Below, in pieces: positions 54,038-64,000 of a stretch of 64,000 nucleotides of DNA. The notes beneath the pieces were generated by a model. It was given only the letters and a program-made list of their open reading frames with translations. It did no database searches and was not told the DNA's origin. The translations under genes were made by a program, and so were the position numbers. Within the stretch, counting starts at the first letter, position 1. Each line of letters opens with the position of its first letter. The stretch is from Candidatus Levyibacteriota bacterium (GTDB lineage: Bacteria; Patescibacteriota; Microgenomatia; Levybacterales; UBA12049): positions 124,808 through 188,807 of the forward strand of contig JACPLF010000006.1 in NCBI GenBank assembly GCA_016186645.1. The letters run 5' to 3'.

Positions 54038-55656
54038 TGTTTAAGAAAATTATTGATTATATTTTACGGAATAAAATAGTTGCAGGAATAGTTATCATTT
54101 ATTCGTTGGCAATGATTAGTGTTATCGACTGGGGGATTCCAAATATCAGTCATCCATATAATTATCATATGGACGAATGGCATCAGCTTCAGTCTATCAG
54201 GGCAATAATTGAGCATGGATCACCAAATATAAGCGGAGCTGCCAATGGAACTGTTTTCCAATTTTTGCTATCAGGCATTTATCTTATTCCTTTTATTTTA
54301 TTTAAAATAGTTGATCCTTTTTCAATAAAATCGGGAGCTGAGTCATTGTTAATGCAAAAAGAGCTTTTTGAGATTCTAAGACTAAACACTTTAATATTTG
54401 GAGCTTTATCAATACTTGCTCTGTCTAGCCTTATGAAGAAATATTTCAAAACAAATCCGGTTCTCACTCTTGTTTTTTTTACCATAACTCCTGTATGGTT
54501 GGCTTTGAGTAACTATTTCAAATATGATATTGCACTGACTTTTTGGATAATTTCTTCTTTATTTTTTCTTCTAAAATATGGTACAAATACCACTCTCAAA
54601 AATTATATTATTACAGGGATTTTTTGTGCTCTTGCTATTGCCACAAAAATAAGCGCAATCCCGCTTCTTGTAATTTATTTATTATCATTTTTTTATTTTA
54701 ATCTGAATAGAAAAAAAGAATATAGGCATCTGCTTTTTGGCTTATTGGTCTTCGTATTAATATTCTTATCTCTGGGAATACCGGATCTAATTCTGCAAAG
54801 GGGAGACTACAGGGAATATTTGTACTCAAACTTAGTAAGGGATCCAATGATTTTTGATAATTTTATATTGAAGCATAATCCATGGTGGGTTTACTTAATT
54901 AAAAAAATAATTCCTTTGAATTTCGGATATATTTTTTCAGGAATAACTGCATTGGCATTGATATATTGGAGTATAAAATTAAATATAAGAAAATTTAAAA
55001 ATGAGACTTTTGTATTTATCTCAATGATTATGTTTATGATTAGCTTAGTTCCCCTGGAGCTAGGAGCAAATGGGAACAGATTGCTTGTGATCCTTCCGTT
55101 TTTTGCAATTCTCTCAAGTTTGTTTATTCAAAGACTTATCAATAGTTTTCCTTCTTTAAAACACCGCATATATGCTTTGTTAGCTTTTTTATTTATTTTT
55201 CAGTTTTATCAATCTTTTGCAATGATATCCATAAAGTGGGAAAAAGACATTAGAGAATTATTTGCTGTATGGTTAGTTGAAAATATTCAAAAAGGAAGTA
55301 CTATCGGTATTCAAAATATTCCGATATATCAATTGCTTCCCGATATAATAGTCAAAGAATTTTACTTAAAAGATGAGAATAATGTTTTTAAATATCAGAT
55401 AGTTGATGAGAGGGGTCAGCTTCCGGGCATTGTTGTAATAACAAATAAAGAATTTGATTTAAATCATTTGAAAAAATCACCCAAGAAGTCTTTGTTGGCA
55501 AGATTAGATAATGAAGGATATAGAAAATTAAAGGAGTTCAAGCCGCCTGAAATTTTGTACAAAACAATGGGCGATGAGTTTGACTTCTATTCTTCCGGAC
55601 TTGTGCCTATTTGGACAATATCGATATACGAACAAGATAAAAATCCTCAAAATTGA
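54037..55656 (+). CDS. GT-C fold membrane glycosyltransferase-like protein (GT39/ArnT-like)
   Basis: Polytopic N-terminal domain plus soluble C-terminal domain. The architecture resembles PMT/ArnT enzymes. Motif support is weak. Confidence 0.4.
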   Translation: MFKKIIDYILRNKIVAGIVIIYSLAMISVIDWGIPNISHPYNYHMDEWHQLQSIRAIIEHGSPNISGAANGTVFQFLLSGIYLIPFILFKIVDPFSIKSGAESLLMQKELFEILRLNTLIFGALSILALSSLMKKYFKTNPVLTLVFFTITPVWLALSNYFKYDIALTFWIISSLFFLLKYGTNTTLKNYIITGIFCALAIATKISAIPLLVIYLLSFFYFNLNRKKEYRHLLFGLLVFVLIFLSLGIPDLILQRGDYREYLYSNLVRDPMIFDNFILKHNPWWVYLIKKIIPLNFGYIFSGITALALIYWSIKLNIRKFKNETFVFISMIMFMISLVPLELGANGNRLLVILPFFAILSSLFIQRLINSFPSLKHRIYALLAFLFIFQFYQSFAMISIKWEKDIRELFAVWLVENIQKGSTIGIQNIPIYQLLPDIIVKEFYLKDENNVFKYQIVDERGQLPGIVVITNKEFDLNHLKKSPKKSLLARLDNEGYRKLKEFKPPEILYKTMGDEFDFYSSGLVPIWTISIYEQDKNPQN

Positions 55657-55673
55657 TAAAATAAGGTATCTTT

Positions 55674-56894
55674 ATGGGCTATTCAAAGCAAGCATTTATT
55701 GGAATCTCGTGGATGAGTGCTTTTAGGGGGATTTCCCGAGTAATTGCCATAGGAAGAAGTGTTCTATTGGCTAGAATTCTGACTCCTGCTCAATTCGGAG
55801 TTTTTGGAATTGCCTCCATCATGCTTTCATTTCTCGAAATTCTGACAGAGACAGGAATTAATATATTCCTAATTCAGCAGAAGGAAAATATTGATAAGTT
55901 TGTCAGCTCTGCTTGGATAGTATCTATACTTCGGGGGATACTAATCTCTTTAACAATAATCATCACAGCTCCTATTGTTGTTAATTTCTTTAATATGCAG
56001 GATTTGTATAGATTTTTATATTTAATAAGCGTGGTTCCCCTAATAAGAGGTTTTATAAATCCGTCGATTGTTAAGTATCAAAAAGATCTTGAATTTAGAA
56101 AAGAATTTTGGCTTAGAATATCAGTTTATTTATTCGACTCAGCTACTTCTGTAATATTGGCGCTAATATTAACTGATGCAATAAGTTTTGTTTGGGGACT
56201 TATTGCGGGAGCTATTTTAGAGGTAATTTTGTCTTTCGTATTATTCAGTCCTTTGCCGCTTTTGAAATTTGAATTAAATTTAGTGAAACAAATAGTAAAT
56301 AAAGGGAAATGGGTAACCGCATATGGGATCTTTAATTATATTGCCCAGCAAGGAGACACTATTGCCATAGGTAAGCTACTTGGAGCTGCACCTACGGGTA
56401 TTTATCAAATGGGATATAGACTTTCAACTTTACCAATTAGTGAAGTATCAGACGTAGTTAACAGGGTTGTTTTTCCGGTTTACTCAAAAATATCAGATGA
56501 TAAACATAGATTATTGCGGGCATTTAAAAGAACTCTGGTAACAATTTCTCTTCCGGTTTCAATTTTAAGTATAGTTATATTTTTTCTTCCTAAGGAATTT
56601 TTCGATTTGTTGCTTGGTCCTAAATGGGCAGAGGTGACTTCGGTAATAAAGATACTGGTAATTTATGGAATGTTTAGGGCAATTTCAGGAGTTTCTTCCT
56701 CGCTCTTTTTGTCCCTTGGAAAACAAAACTTCGTGGCTGGAATGACTTTTATCAGATTTTTCGTTCTTGCCGCAACTATTGTTCCATTAACAAGTACCTA
56801 TGGAATAATAGGCTCCAGCTTATCAGCATTGCTGTCAGTACTCCTTGAACTTCCTCTTATTGGTTACTTTATTTTGAAAATATTTAAATCATGA
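55674..56894 (+). CDS. Wzx-like oligosaccharide flippase (MOP superfamily)
   Basis: 12-TM-like hydrophobic profile. N-terminal GISRVIAIGRSVLLARILTPAQFGVFGIA is typical of polysaccharide-biosynthesis flippases. Confidence 0.5.
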   Translation: MGYSKQAFIGISWMSAFRGISRVIAIGRSVLLARILTPAQFGVFGIASIMLSFLEILTETGINIFLIQQKENIDKFVSSAWIVSILRGILISLTIIITAPIVVNFFNMQDLYRFLYLISVVPLIRGFINPSIVKYQKDLEFRKEFWLRISVYLFDSATSVILALILTDAISFVWGLIAGAILEVILSFVLFSPLPLLKFELNLVKQIVNKGKWVTAYGIFNYIAQQGDTIAIGKLLGAAPTGIYQMGYRLSTLPISEVSDVVNRVVFPVYSKISDDKHRLLRAFKRTLVTISLPVSILSIVIFFLPKEFFDLLLGPKWAEVTSVIKILVIYGMFRAISGVSSSLFLSLGKQNFVAGMTFIRFFVLAATIVPLTSTYGIIGSSLSALLSVLLELPLIGYFILKIFKS

Positions 56895-57985
56895 AAATTG
56901 CGATATTCCACGAACTAGATTTTGGCGGGGCTAGGCGTACAGTTGAAGAGTTCGCGAAAAGATTAAATAAAATTTTGGACGTAGATTTATATTATGTCGA
57001 TAATAAAGAGGACAAAAATGCAAAAAAAATTTCAAGAAGAGATTTTTTCTATCCATTTTATCCAAAAACTTGGAAAGGGAATAATTGGAAGACGAGGTTA
57101 TATAAAGACACATTAGAGCTTTATAGACTTTATAATCTGCATAAGAAGATTGCTAAAGATATCGAATCAAAAGAATATGATTACATCTTTGTTCATCCCT
57201 CCAAATTCACTCAAGCTCCTTTTCTACTTAGATTTCTGAAAAATAAATGCATTTATTTTTGTCAGGAACCCTTGAGGATAATTTACGACAAAAATTTATC
57301 CGATTTATCTTTTGTTAGGTTTCATAAAAAACTTTATGAGTTTATTATTCGCAAAATTAGAAAAAGAATTGATTTAAAAAATCTTAACAGCGCAAAGATG
57401 ATATTAGCTAATTCAAAGTTCTCAAAAGAATCTATAGAAAAAGCTTACGGGAAGAAAGTTGTAATATGTTATCTAGGAGTAGATACGAACCTTTTTAAAC
57501 CTCTAAACTTAAATAAAACAATAGACGTTCTTTTTATAGGCAATAAAGATAATGGATACGATTTGCTGGATAAGCTATCTAAGCATTTCAACAATTGCAT
57601 CAAGGCTCGTGCAGTATTCAGAGGAAATTCCAGAGTAAGCCACACAGATGAGGAATTAATTGAAATTTACAATAAGTCAAAAGTTTTAGTTGCTCTAAAT
57701 CGCAATGAGCCTTTTGGGTTAATTCCTCTTGAGGCAATGGCCTGCGGAGTTCCGGTTATTGCGGTAGGGGAGGGTGGATATAGCGAATCGGTTGTTAACG
57801 ATAAGACAGGATTTCTAATCCCAAGAAATCCCAGCAAGCTTTATGAAAAAATTAATGAGATTATTAGCAATGAGAAATTAAGAAAAGAAATGAGTAAAAA
57901 TGCTCGCGATCATGTTGTAAAAAACTGGTCTTGGGATAAAAGTATCAAAAATTTTTTGGAAATAATAAAATATGAAAAAAGATAA
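56891..57985 (+). CDS. glycosyltransferase family 4
   Basis: EPFGLIPLEAMACGVPVIAVGEGGYSESVVNDKTGFL is a strong GT4 C-terminal motif. Confidence 0.8.
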   Translation: MKIAIFHELDFGGARRTVEEFAKRLNKILDVDLYYVDNKEDKNAKKISRRDFFYPFYPKTWKGNNWKTRLYKDTLELYRLYNLHKKIAKDIESKEYDYIFVHPSKFTQAPFLLRFLKNKCIYFCQEPLRIIYDKNLSDLSFVRFHKKLYEFIIRKIRKRIDLKNLNSAKMILANSKFSKESIEKAYGKKVVICYLGVDTNLFKPLNLNKTIDVLFIGNKDNGYDLLDKLSKHFNNCIKARAVFRGNSRVSHTDEELIEIYNKSKVLVALNRNEPFGLIPLEAMACGVPVIAVGEGGYSESVVNDKTGFLIPRNPSKLYEKINEIISNEKLRKEMSKNARDHVVKNWSWDKSIKNFLEIIKYEKR

Positions 57986-60185
57986 GGTGCAAATTTCAAT
58001 TATAATTGTTAATTATAAAGTAGAAAAAGAATTAATAGATTGCATATCATCAATTATAAATTCAAAGCCTAAAACCTCATTTGAGATAATTGTTGCGGAC
58101 AATAGCGAGAATAACGATCTCAGGTTGAAATTAAAAATTTTCCCTCAAGTAAAATATGTAAAAAGCAAAGGAAACATAGGGTTTGGAGCGGGAAATAATT
58201 TGGGAGCAAAATCTGCAAAAGGAGATGTCTTATTCTTTTTAAATCCAGATACGATTATTGAAAAAAACGCAATAGATGATTTGTTTAATTTTATAAACAA
58301 GAATTCAAAAGCAGGAATGGTTGCTCCATTACTCCTTGACCTTTCGGGAAATTCCTATCCAAATCAAGGAAGCGATCAATATGATTTTAAAAGTGCAATT
58401 GTGACGAGCTCTTTTATAAACAGACTTTTTCCTAAAAACCCGATATCCAAAAAGTTCTTTCACAAAGATTGGGTAAAAAAAGAAATTGAAGAATTTGATG
58501 TTGTTCCAGGAACAGCTTTTATGATCAAAAAAAGTATTTTTGAAAAATCCGGAATGTATGATGAAAAATTTTTCTTATATTTTGAAGAATACGATTTGGC
58601 AAATAGAATTAAAAAAGCAGGTTTTAAAAACTATATAGTCCCGCAAGCAAAAGTGATGCACATTTGGGAAGCAAGCGCTAAAAAAAGAAAGGATATAAAT
58701 AGAATTTTTTCAGAAAGCCGTAATCACTTTTTTAAAAAAAATTATGGGAGGCTATTTGCATTTATGGTTAATCTATTTTCAAATATTGGTAAATATGAGT
58801 TGCTGCTTGGATTAACAGTTGCTACCTCGGTTTATCTATGTTTCTCTAAAATAGCAGAATTAATGCCTTTCATAGGTGATCAGGGTTGGTTTTACCTTTC
58901 GGCAAGAGACATGATAGTAAATGGTCAGATTCCGTTTGTAGGTATAGCCTCAAGCCATCCTTGGCTGCATCAGGGGGCATTCTGGACATATTTGCTTGCT
59001 CCATTCCTGTGGTTGTTTAACTTTAACCCTGTTGCAGGCGCATATTTGTCTATTATTTTGGGAATTTTGTCTACAATCGGGATTTATATCCTGGGCGTAA
59101 CTCTTTTTTCAAAAAGAGCCGGGATAATAGCATCTATTCTTTATACAACTTCTCCTTTGGCTGTTTATTATATGAGATTTCCATATCATACAAGTCCAAT
59201 TCCTTTATTCATTATTATGTTAATCTTTTCTTTGTATAAAATTACCCAGAACAAAATGAGATATTTTCCGCTAACAATATTTTTATTGGCGATTCTTTAC
59301 AATTTTGAAATATCAACGGTCATCCTATGGGGAGTACTATTGAGCATATTGACATATAAATTTTTTAAACAGAGAAAAGTATTTAACAAAATATTTAACA
59401 AAAAAATTATGCTATGGTCTTTTTTGGCGCTGATCACTCCTCTATTGCCCATGATATTGTACGACGTAAGAAATGGCTTTCCTCAGACTCTCAAATTTAT
59501 GGCTTGGGTTTTGTATAAAGGAGCATCTTTATTTGGTTTTAATACTCAGCATGATTTTTCAATAAATAAAATTCTTATAATGTTTGATTTTCTTTTTGTT
59601 AATTTTAAAAAATTAATTTTTGCTCAAAATAATCTAATATCTCTATTGATTCTAGTTGTAGTAGTGAGTTGGGGCGTTTATGTTCTTTTTAAAAAGAATG
59701 ATGTTTCATATAAATTAATTCCTTTATTATTTTTTATTCCTCTGATTTTTATTGTTTTAAATCAAGTTCCTTCAGATGCATATCTTCCAACGTTCTTTCC
59801 AGTTGTAATTCTAATTTTTGCCACTTTTTTAGATTTTGTTATGAATAAGAGGGTAATGATTCTTCCAATCTTGATTTTTCTGACATTTTTAATTGCCGGC
59901 AATATTAATTTTATGTTAAAAAATGATTTTTTATTCGATAAATCAAGTAAGTTATTCACTTTAGAAAAGCGAATCCATGCAGTCCACAGAATATTGAATA
60001 TAGCGAATAATAAAGACTATAATTTGAAAGGAAGGGGTCCAGGAAGTGAGCATGAAAGTTTCACAATGAATTATGAATATCTAGCATGGCGGATGGGGCA
60101 TGCCCCCTCAAAAGAAAATGAATCAACAAAAATATATATATCCGAATCTGAACATGGGATTAAAATTGAAACAAAAAATAAATGA
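57972..60185 (+). CDS. GT2 glycosyltransferase fused to a C-terminal polytopic membrane (GT-C-like) domain
   Basis: N-terminal ISIIIVNYKVEKELIDCISSI and DNSEND GT2 motifs. About 450 aa of multi-TM C-terminus. Confidence 0.6.
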   Translation: MKKDKVQISIIIVNYKVEKELIDCISSIINSKPKTSFEIIVADNSENNDLRLKLKIFPQVKYVKSKGNIGFGAGNNLGAKSAKGDVLFFLNPDTIIEKNAIDDLFNFINKNSKAGMVAPLLLDLSGNSYPNQGSDQYDFKSAIVTSSFINRLFPKNPISKKFFHKDWVKKEIEEFDVVPGTAFMIKKSIFEKSGMYDEKFFLYFEEYDLANRIKKAGFKNYIVPQAKVMHIWEASAKKRKDINRIFSESRNHFFKKNYGRLFAFMVNLFSNIGKYELLLGLTVATSVYLCFSKIAELMPFIGDQGWFYLSARDMIVNGQIPFVGIASSHPWLHQGAFWTYLLAPFLWLFNFNPVAGAYLSIILGILSTIGIYILGVTLFSKRAGIIASILYTTSPLAVYYMRFPYHTSPIPLFIIMLIFSLYKITQNKMRYFPLTIFLLAILYNFEISTVILWGVLLSILTYKFFKQRKVFNKIFNKKIMLWSFLALITPLLPMILYDVRNGFPQTLKFMAWVLYKGASLFGFNTQHDFSINKILIMFDFLFVNFKKLIFAQNNLISLLILVVVVSWGVYVLFKKNDVSYKLIPLLFFIPLIFIVLNQVPSDAYLPTFFPVVILIFATFLDFVMNKRVMILPILIFLTFLIAGNINFMLKNDFLFDKSSKLFTLEKRIHAVHRILNIANNKDYNLKGRGPGSEHESFTMNYEYLAWRMGHAPSKENESTKIYISESEHGIKIETKNK

Positions 60186-60934
60186 TTAGTGTTGTAATTT
60201 TAACAAAAAACGAAGAACGAAATATAAAAAAATGTTTGGAGTCTGTCAAATGGTGCGATGAAATAATCATTGTTGACGATAATTCCTCTGATAGAACGCC
60301 GGAAATAGCTAAGAGATACAAAATTTCATTATTTTCAAATCCTCTTAATGGAGATTTCTCGAGTGCACGTAATTTAGGTTTATCGAAGGCAAAAAATGAG
60401 TGGGTGCTTTTTGTTGATAGTGATGAGGTTGTTTCAGACGCATTAGCCTATGAGATATCAAATGCGATTGGGCTAAAAGATCAAAATTTGAGAAATTTCA
60501 ATGGATTTTATATAAGAAGGTCTGATTTTATATGGGGAAAGCAGCTTAAGTATGGAGAAACAGGATATATAAAGCTATTGAGACTTGGAAGAAAAGGTTT
60601 TGGGCAGTGGCAAGGAAAAGCTCACGAACGATGGGAAATAGAAAGACCTGTTGGGAAATTAGTAAATCCTTTATTTCATTTTCCTCACGATACTTTGGAA
60701 GAATTTCTTAGAGAAATTAATTTCTATACGGATATTAGAGCAGGAGAATTGAAAGATAACAACAAAAGAATATTTTTTTGGGATATACTTTTTTATCCGT
60801 TAGGAAAATTTGTAGTTAACTATATTTTCAAAAGAGGGTTTATGGATGGGATACAAGGGCTGGTTTTTGCAATATCTATGTCTTTCCACTCGTTTCTGGT
60901 AAGAGGAAAATTATGGCTGCAAAAGGAAAAATAA
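60182..60934 (+). CDS. GT2 family glycosyltransferase
   Basis: ISVVILTKNEERNIKKCLESV, IIVDDNSSD and DSDE motifs. Confidence 0.7.
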   Translation: MISVVILTKNEERNIKKCLESVKWCDEIIIVDDNSSDRTPEIAKRYKISLFSNPLNGDFSSARNLGLSKAKNEWVLFVDSDEVVSDALAYEISNAIGLKDQNLRNFNGFYIRRSDFIWGKQLKYGETGYIKLLRLGRKGFGQWQGKAHERWEIERPVGKLVNPLFHFPHDTLEEFLREINFYTDIRAGELKDNNKRIFFWDILFYPLGKFVVNYIFKRGFMDGIQGLVFAISMSFHSFLVRGKLWLQKEK

Positions 60935-62439
60935 TTAAATTCCTAATAGTTTTTTTAGTTTTTTCGTTAGCTATTTTTCTTAGGCTCTGGAATCTTAATC
61001 AAATGGGTAGAACTTGGGATGAGCCTTTCTATGTGGATCAGGGTTACAAAATAGTAGATGCGATAAAGAAAGGAAACTTTGATAACAAAATATTATATAC
61101 AGATCCCGATCCCCCAGTGTTCTCTAAATACCTTTACGGTTTGGCAGAGCATTTAAATATAGGAAAAGCTGCTCCCTGCGGCGGTGAATTCTGTTATTAT
61201 GATTTTACTTCGAGCAGATTAATCTCGGTGTTATTTTCCTCTTTAACTGTTTTATTGGTGATTCTGATAGGATGGCAATATGTATCTTTTTTTGTAGGTG
61301 TTACTGCCGGAGTTGTTTTTGCAACACTTCCAATTTCCCTTGGTTTGTCTCAGCTTGTGACTGTTGAAAGTATTCTTGCTTTCTTTTTTACTGCTTGTAC
61401 CTACTCATTCCTGCGCTTATTGAAAACTTTTTCTATTAAAAATGTGGTAATCTGTGGTATTTTGTTGGGTTTGGCTATTGCTACTAAATACACAAATATT
61501 ATGTTAGTTCCTCTTTTTATTTTAATTTATGTAGTGTGGAGCAGGTTTAATAAGAAAATAAAAAATAAAAAAACTTTAGCAAAGAAGCTAATTTTTATTA
61601 TCTTGGTAGCATTTGCGACCCTGTTTTTTATTTGGCCGTTTCCCTGGTTTCATATGGATTATGTTTGGAAGTGGGAGCAGGCTACCCGCTTCTCAGAAGT
61701 TGCAAGTCATCCGGTTCCCGAAGTTTTCTTCGGGCGCCTTATGCCGGTTCCTATTTTTTACTATTTTGTTTATTTCCTTATAACCACCCCATTCTTAATT
61801 TTAGTATTGTTTCTTGCAGGTCTTAAAAATATTTCAGAAAAGAAAAAGTGGATACTATATGTTATTGTGATTTGGTTTCTGCTGCCTTTCTTGCAGTCGT
61901 TTCTAAATATGAGACAGCATGGAGTGCGCTACGTAATACAAATTTATGTACCATTATCTCTAATTTCGGCAATTGGATTTAATTTTTTGTTAGAAAAATT
62001 TAAAAGTCTAAAGTATAAGTACTTATTTTTAATTGCAGTAGCAATTTATATGTTTATTATTTTGAAAAATATAACCCCTTATTATTTGGATTACTTTAAC
62101 ATTGTAGTTGGAGGAGCTAAGGGAGTTTATGAAAGTAGATCTTTTCAGATGGGTTGGTGGGGACAAGGCATTAGAGAGGCGGCCGGTTATATTGTTAAAA
62201 ATGCAGAAAAGGGAGCAAATGTTGGAATTGCCATCTCTCCATCGACAGTCATGCCGGAACTAAAAAATTACAATGTAAATAAATATGAAGAAAATAAAGA
62301 ATATGATTACGTTATTGTTAATTACTACAATATTATAAGGGAAGGTTTCAATGACTCTAAGATAAAAGAGAGATATGTTCCTGTTTATACAGTTTGGGCA
62401 GATGGAGCACCTCTTGTAGTTGTATATAAGCACAAATGA
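60913..62439 (+). CDS. GT39/GT83-like (PMT/ArnT-type) membrane glycosyltransferase
   Basis: First-loop DE motif (GRTWDEPFYVDQG) after TM1. Polytopic, with a C-terminal soluble domain. Confidence 0.55.
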   Translation: MAAKGKIIKFLIVFLVFSLAIFLRLWNLNQMGRTWDEPFYVDQGYKIVDAIKKGNFDNKILYTDPDPPVFSKYLYGLAEHLNIGKAAPCGGEFCYYDFTSSRLISVLFSSLTVLLVILIGWQYVSFFVGVTAGVVFATLPISLGLSQLVTVESILAFFFTACTYSFLRLLKTFSIKNVVICGILLGLAIATKYTNIMLVPLFILIYVVWSRFNKKIKNKKTLAKKLIFIILVAFATLFFIWPFPWFHMDYVWKWEQATRFSEVASHPVPEVFFGRLMPVPIFYYFVYFLITTPFLILVLFLAGLKNISEKKKWILYVIVIWFLLPFLQSFLNMRQHGVRYVIQIYVPLSLISAIGFNFLLEKFKSLKYKYLFLIAVAIYMFIILKNITPYYLDYFNIVVGGAKGVYESRSFQMGWWGQGIREAAGYIVKNAEKGANVGIAISPSTVMPELKNYNVNKYEENKEYDYVIVNYYNIIREGFNDSKIKERYVPVYTVWADGAPLVVVYKHK

Positions 62440-63656
62440 ACACAAAATCTATAAAGAAGTGTCGCTCCTGTTTCTCTGGAAAATTGATAAATATACTCTC
62501 TCTGGGAGAGCAATATTTATCTGATTTCTCCGAAGGAAAGCTCATGCCTAGCAAGTCACCTCTGGATTTGATGCTTTGTCGCAATTGCAATTTGGTTCAG
62601 CTCAAGCATACGGTTTACCCGAGTCTTTTATATACAGAACGTTATGGATATAAGTCCGGAATAAATAATACAATGAAAGAAGAATTACAAAAAATCGTAA
62701 TTAGCGTACTGAAAAAGATCAATAACAATGAAGAAATTACAGCGCTTGATATTGGAGCAAATGATGGAACTTTATTAAGCTATTATCCTAAAAACGTTTT
62801 TAAAATTGCATTTGAGCCTATTGAGAAATTTGCCAAAGAAAGCAAAATGCACGCAAATGTTGTTATTAATGACTTTTTTGATTCTAATATATATATGCAT
62901 AAATTGAAAAGGCAAAAAGCAAATATAATAACTGCTATTTCTTGCTTTTACGACATAGATAAACCTAACGATTTTATAGAAGGTATTAAAAAAATACTAC
63001 AAAAGGATGGTGTATTTGTAATTCAGCAGAACTATTTGGTTGGAATGATAATAAATAATGCTTTTGATAATATTGTACACGAGCATCTGGAATATTATTC
63101 GATTTTATCATTGGAAAATTTACTATCGCGTCATGGATTGGAAATTTTCCACGTCGAAGAGAGCTCGATAAATGGGGGAAGTTTTATAACGTTCGTCGCT
63201 CATAAAAATTCTAGATCGATTCAGGAGTCTGTTTTTAGATGGAGAGAAAATGAAAAGGCTCTAAAACTTGATAGAGTCAAAATTTATAAAGATTTTGCAA
63301 GAAGAGTTAATAAAAATAAAAAAGACCTTTACTTACTTATAGAGAAACTAGACAAAGAAGGTAAAAATGTATATGTTTATGGGGCTTCTACAAGAGGAAA
63401 TACTCTATTGCAGTTTTATCAATTGAATAACAGCCTCATTAAGGCTGCTGTGGAGCGAAATCCTGAAAAATGGGGTAAGAATATATCATCTGTAGGCATT
63501 CCAATTATTTCAGAAGAACAGGCAAGAAAACAAAAGCCCGACTACATGTTGGTTTTGCCTTGGTTTTTTAAAGAAGAATTTCTAGAAAGAGAAAAAAGAT
63601 ATCTTGAAAGCGGAGGACATTTTATTTTTCCTTTACCCAAAATAGAGATAATTTAA
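62436..63656 (+). CDS. SAM-dependent methyltransferase with N-terminal Cys4 zinc ribbon (sugar C-methyltransferase-like architecture)
   Basis: CRSC...CRNC zinc-binding pairs and a methyltransferase core (ALDIGANDGTL). The domain order resembles Methyltransf_13/14 C-methyltransferases. Confidence 0.5.
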   Translation: MNTKSIKKCRSCFSGKLINILSLGEQYLSDFSEGKLMPSKSPLDLMLCRNCNLVQLKHTVYPSLLYTERYGYKSGINNTMKEELQKIVISVLKKINNNEEITALDIGANDGTLLSYYPKNVFKIAFEPIEKFAKESKMHANVVINDFFDSNIYMHKLKRQKANIITAISCFYDIDKPNDFIEGIKKILQKDGVFVIQQNYLVGMIINNAFDNIVHEHLEYYSILSLENLLSRHGLEIFHVEESSINGGSFITFVAHKNSRSIQESVFRWRENEKALKLDRVKIYKDFARRVNKNKKDLYLLIEKLDKEGKNVYVYGASTRGNTLLQFYQLNNSLIKAAVERNPEKWGKNISSVGIPIISEEQARKQKPDYMLVLPWFFKEEFLEREKRYLESGGHFIFPLPKIEII

Positions 63657-63660
63657 TATT

Positions 63661-64000
63661 TTATTTTTTCTCCAAGACAAAAAAATAACTCATTCCCAAT
63701 ACGGCTTTTGAGAGTTTGATAATTTTAAAATCTTTAAATAATTTTTGTAACTCGTATTTTTTGAAGTTTTTGTGAAAGGGTTCTCCCCGAGGACAAGTGC
63801 TAGAAAGAAATCTTAGGAGCCAGATGGGAGATATGGCTGGTACACTGCCAATAAGAATTCCGCCTTTTTTTAGAACTCTTAATAATTCCGTGACTGTAGG
63901 TTTTGGATCCGGTTGATGTTCAATAACTTCTGTTGAGAATATTGTAGAAAACGTTTCTTTTTTGAATGGAAGTTTTTCTATGTCTGCTAGAATAACTTTG
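63661..64000 (-). CDS. 3' portion of a class I SAM-dependent methyltransferase (partial, start beyond the window edge)
   Basis: Reverse-strand translation ...KVILADIEKLPFKKETFSTIFSTEVIEHQPDPKPTVTELLRVLKKGGILIGSVP... matches Methyltransf_11 motifs. Stop at 63661-63663. Confidence 0.55.
   Translation of the reverse strand, partial: KVILADIEKLPFKKETFSTIFSTEVIEHQPDPKPTVTELLRVLKKGGILIGSVPAISPIWLLRFLSSTCPRGEPFHKNFKKYELQKLFKDFKIIKLSKAVLGMSYFFVLEKK

Noticed and set aside
54037-55656. Oligosaccharyltransferase (STT3/PglB/AglB) among the large membrane proteins of the glycosylation cluster
   Set aside because: No WWDYG or DxD/ExD loop motifs characteristic of OSTs were found in any of the polytopic proteins. 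Only generic GT-C/GT39-like architecture is seen.
1-64000. CRISPR arrays or rRNA genes
   Set aside because: No regularly spaced 25-40-bp identical repeats with unique spacers were seen. The only tandem repeats are 7-14-bp microsatellites and the gene-3'-end repeats. No rRNA-like conserved stretches were seen.

Overview
This is a low-GC (about 35-40%) bacterial window with tightly packed, often overlapping small genes. The architecture is typical of a streamlined genome, and a candidate-phyla-radiation (Patescibacteria-like) lineage is an inference only. Gene content runs in this order: a short surface-polysaccharide module (GT4, mannose-1-P guanylyltransferase-like, sugar phosphotransferase), a DUF4012 protein, RecO and glyQS. 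An expanded division/cell-wall (dcw) cluster follows: mraZ, rsmH, ftsL, ftsI, murE, murC, murA, a split UDP-GlcNAc module (glmU N-terminal domain only, GNAT, HAD, glmS), a Fic protein, mraY, ftsW, murG, ftsA, purN, purM and ftsZ. After it come ileS, rodA, rplU, rpmA, parB, lepB, a tRNA-Val, and a large, very AT-rich glycosylation cluster with GT2, GT-C/GT39-like, GT4, a Wzx-like flippase and methyltransferases. The most unusual region lies between ftsA and ftsZ, which are normally adjacent. It holds a roughly 7 kb, GC-richer block encoding a giant MoxR-class AAA+ protein and a giant transglutaminase plus vWA protein. That block is delimited by direct repeats that copy the stop-codon-spanning 3' end of ftsA. 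Analogous stop-codon-spanning direct repeats mark the 3' end of ftsZ, followed by small cassettes including a NYN/LabA-like gene. A third pair flanks murC at the murE and murC termini. Together these point to a recurrent cassette-insertion or recombination process targeting gene 3' ends. No CRISPR array, rRNA or recognisable integrase/transposase gene was seen. Two partial CDS are cut by the window edges.
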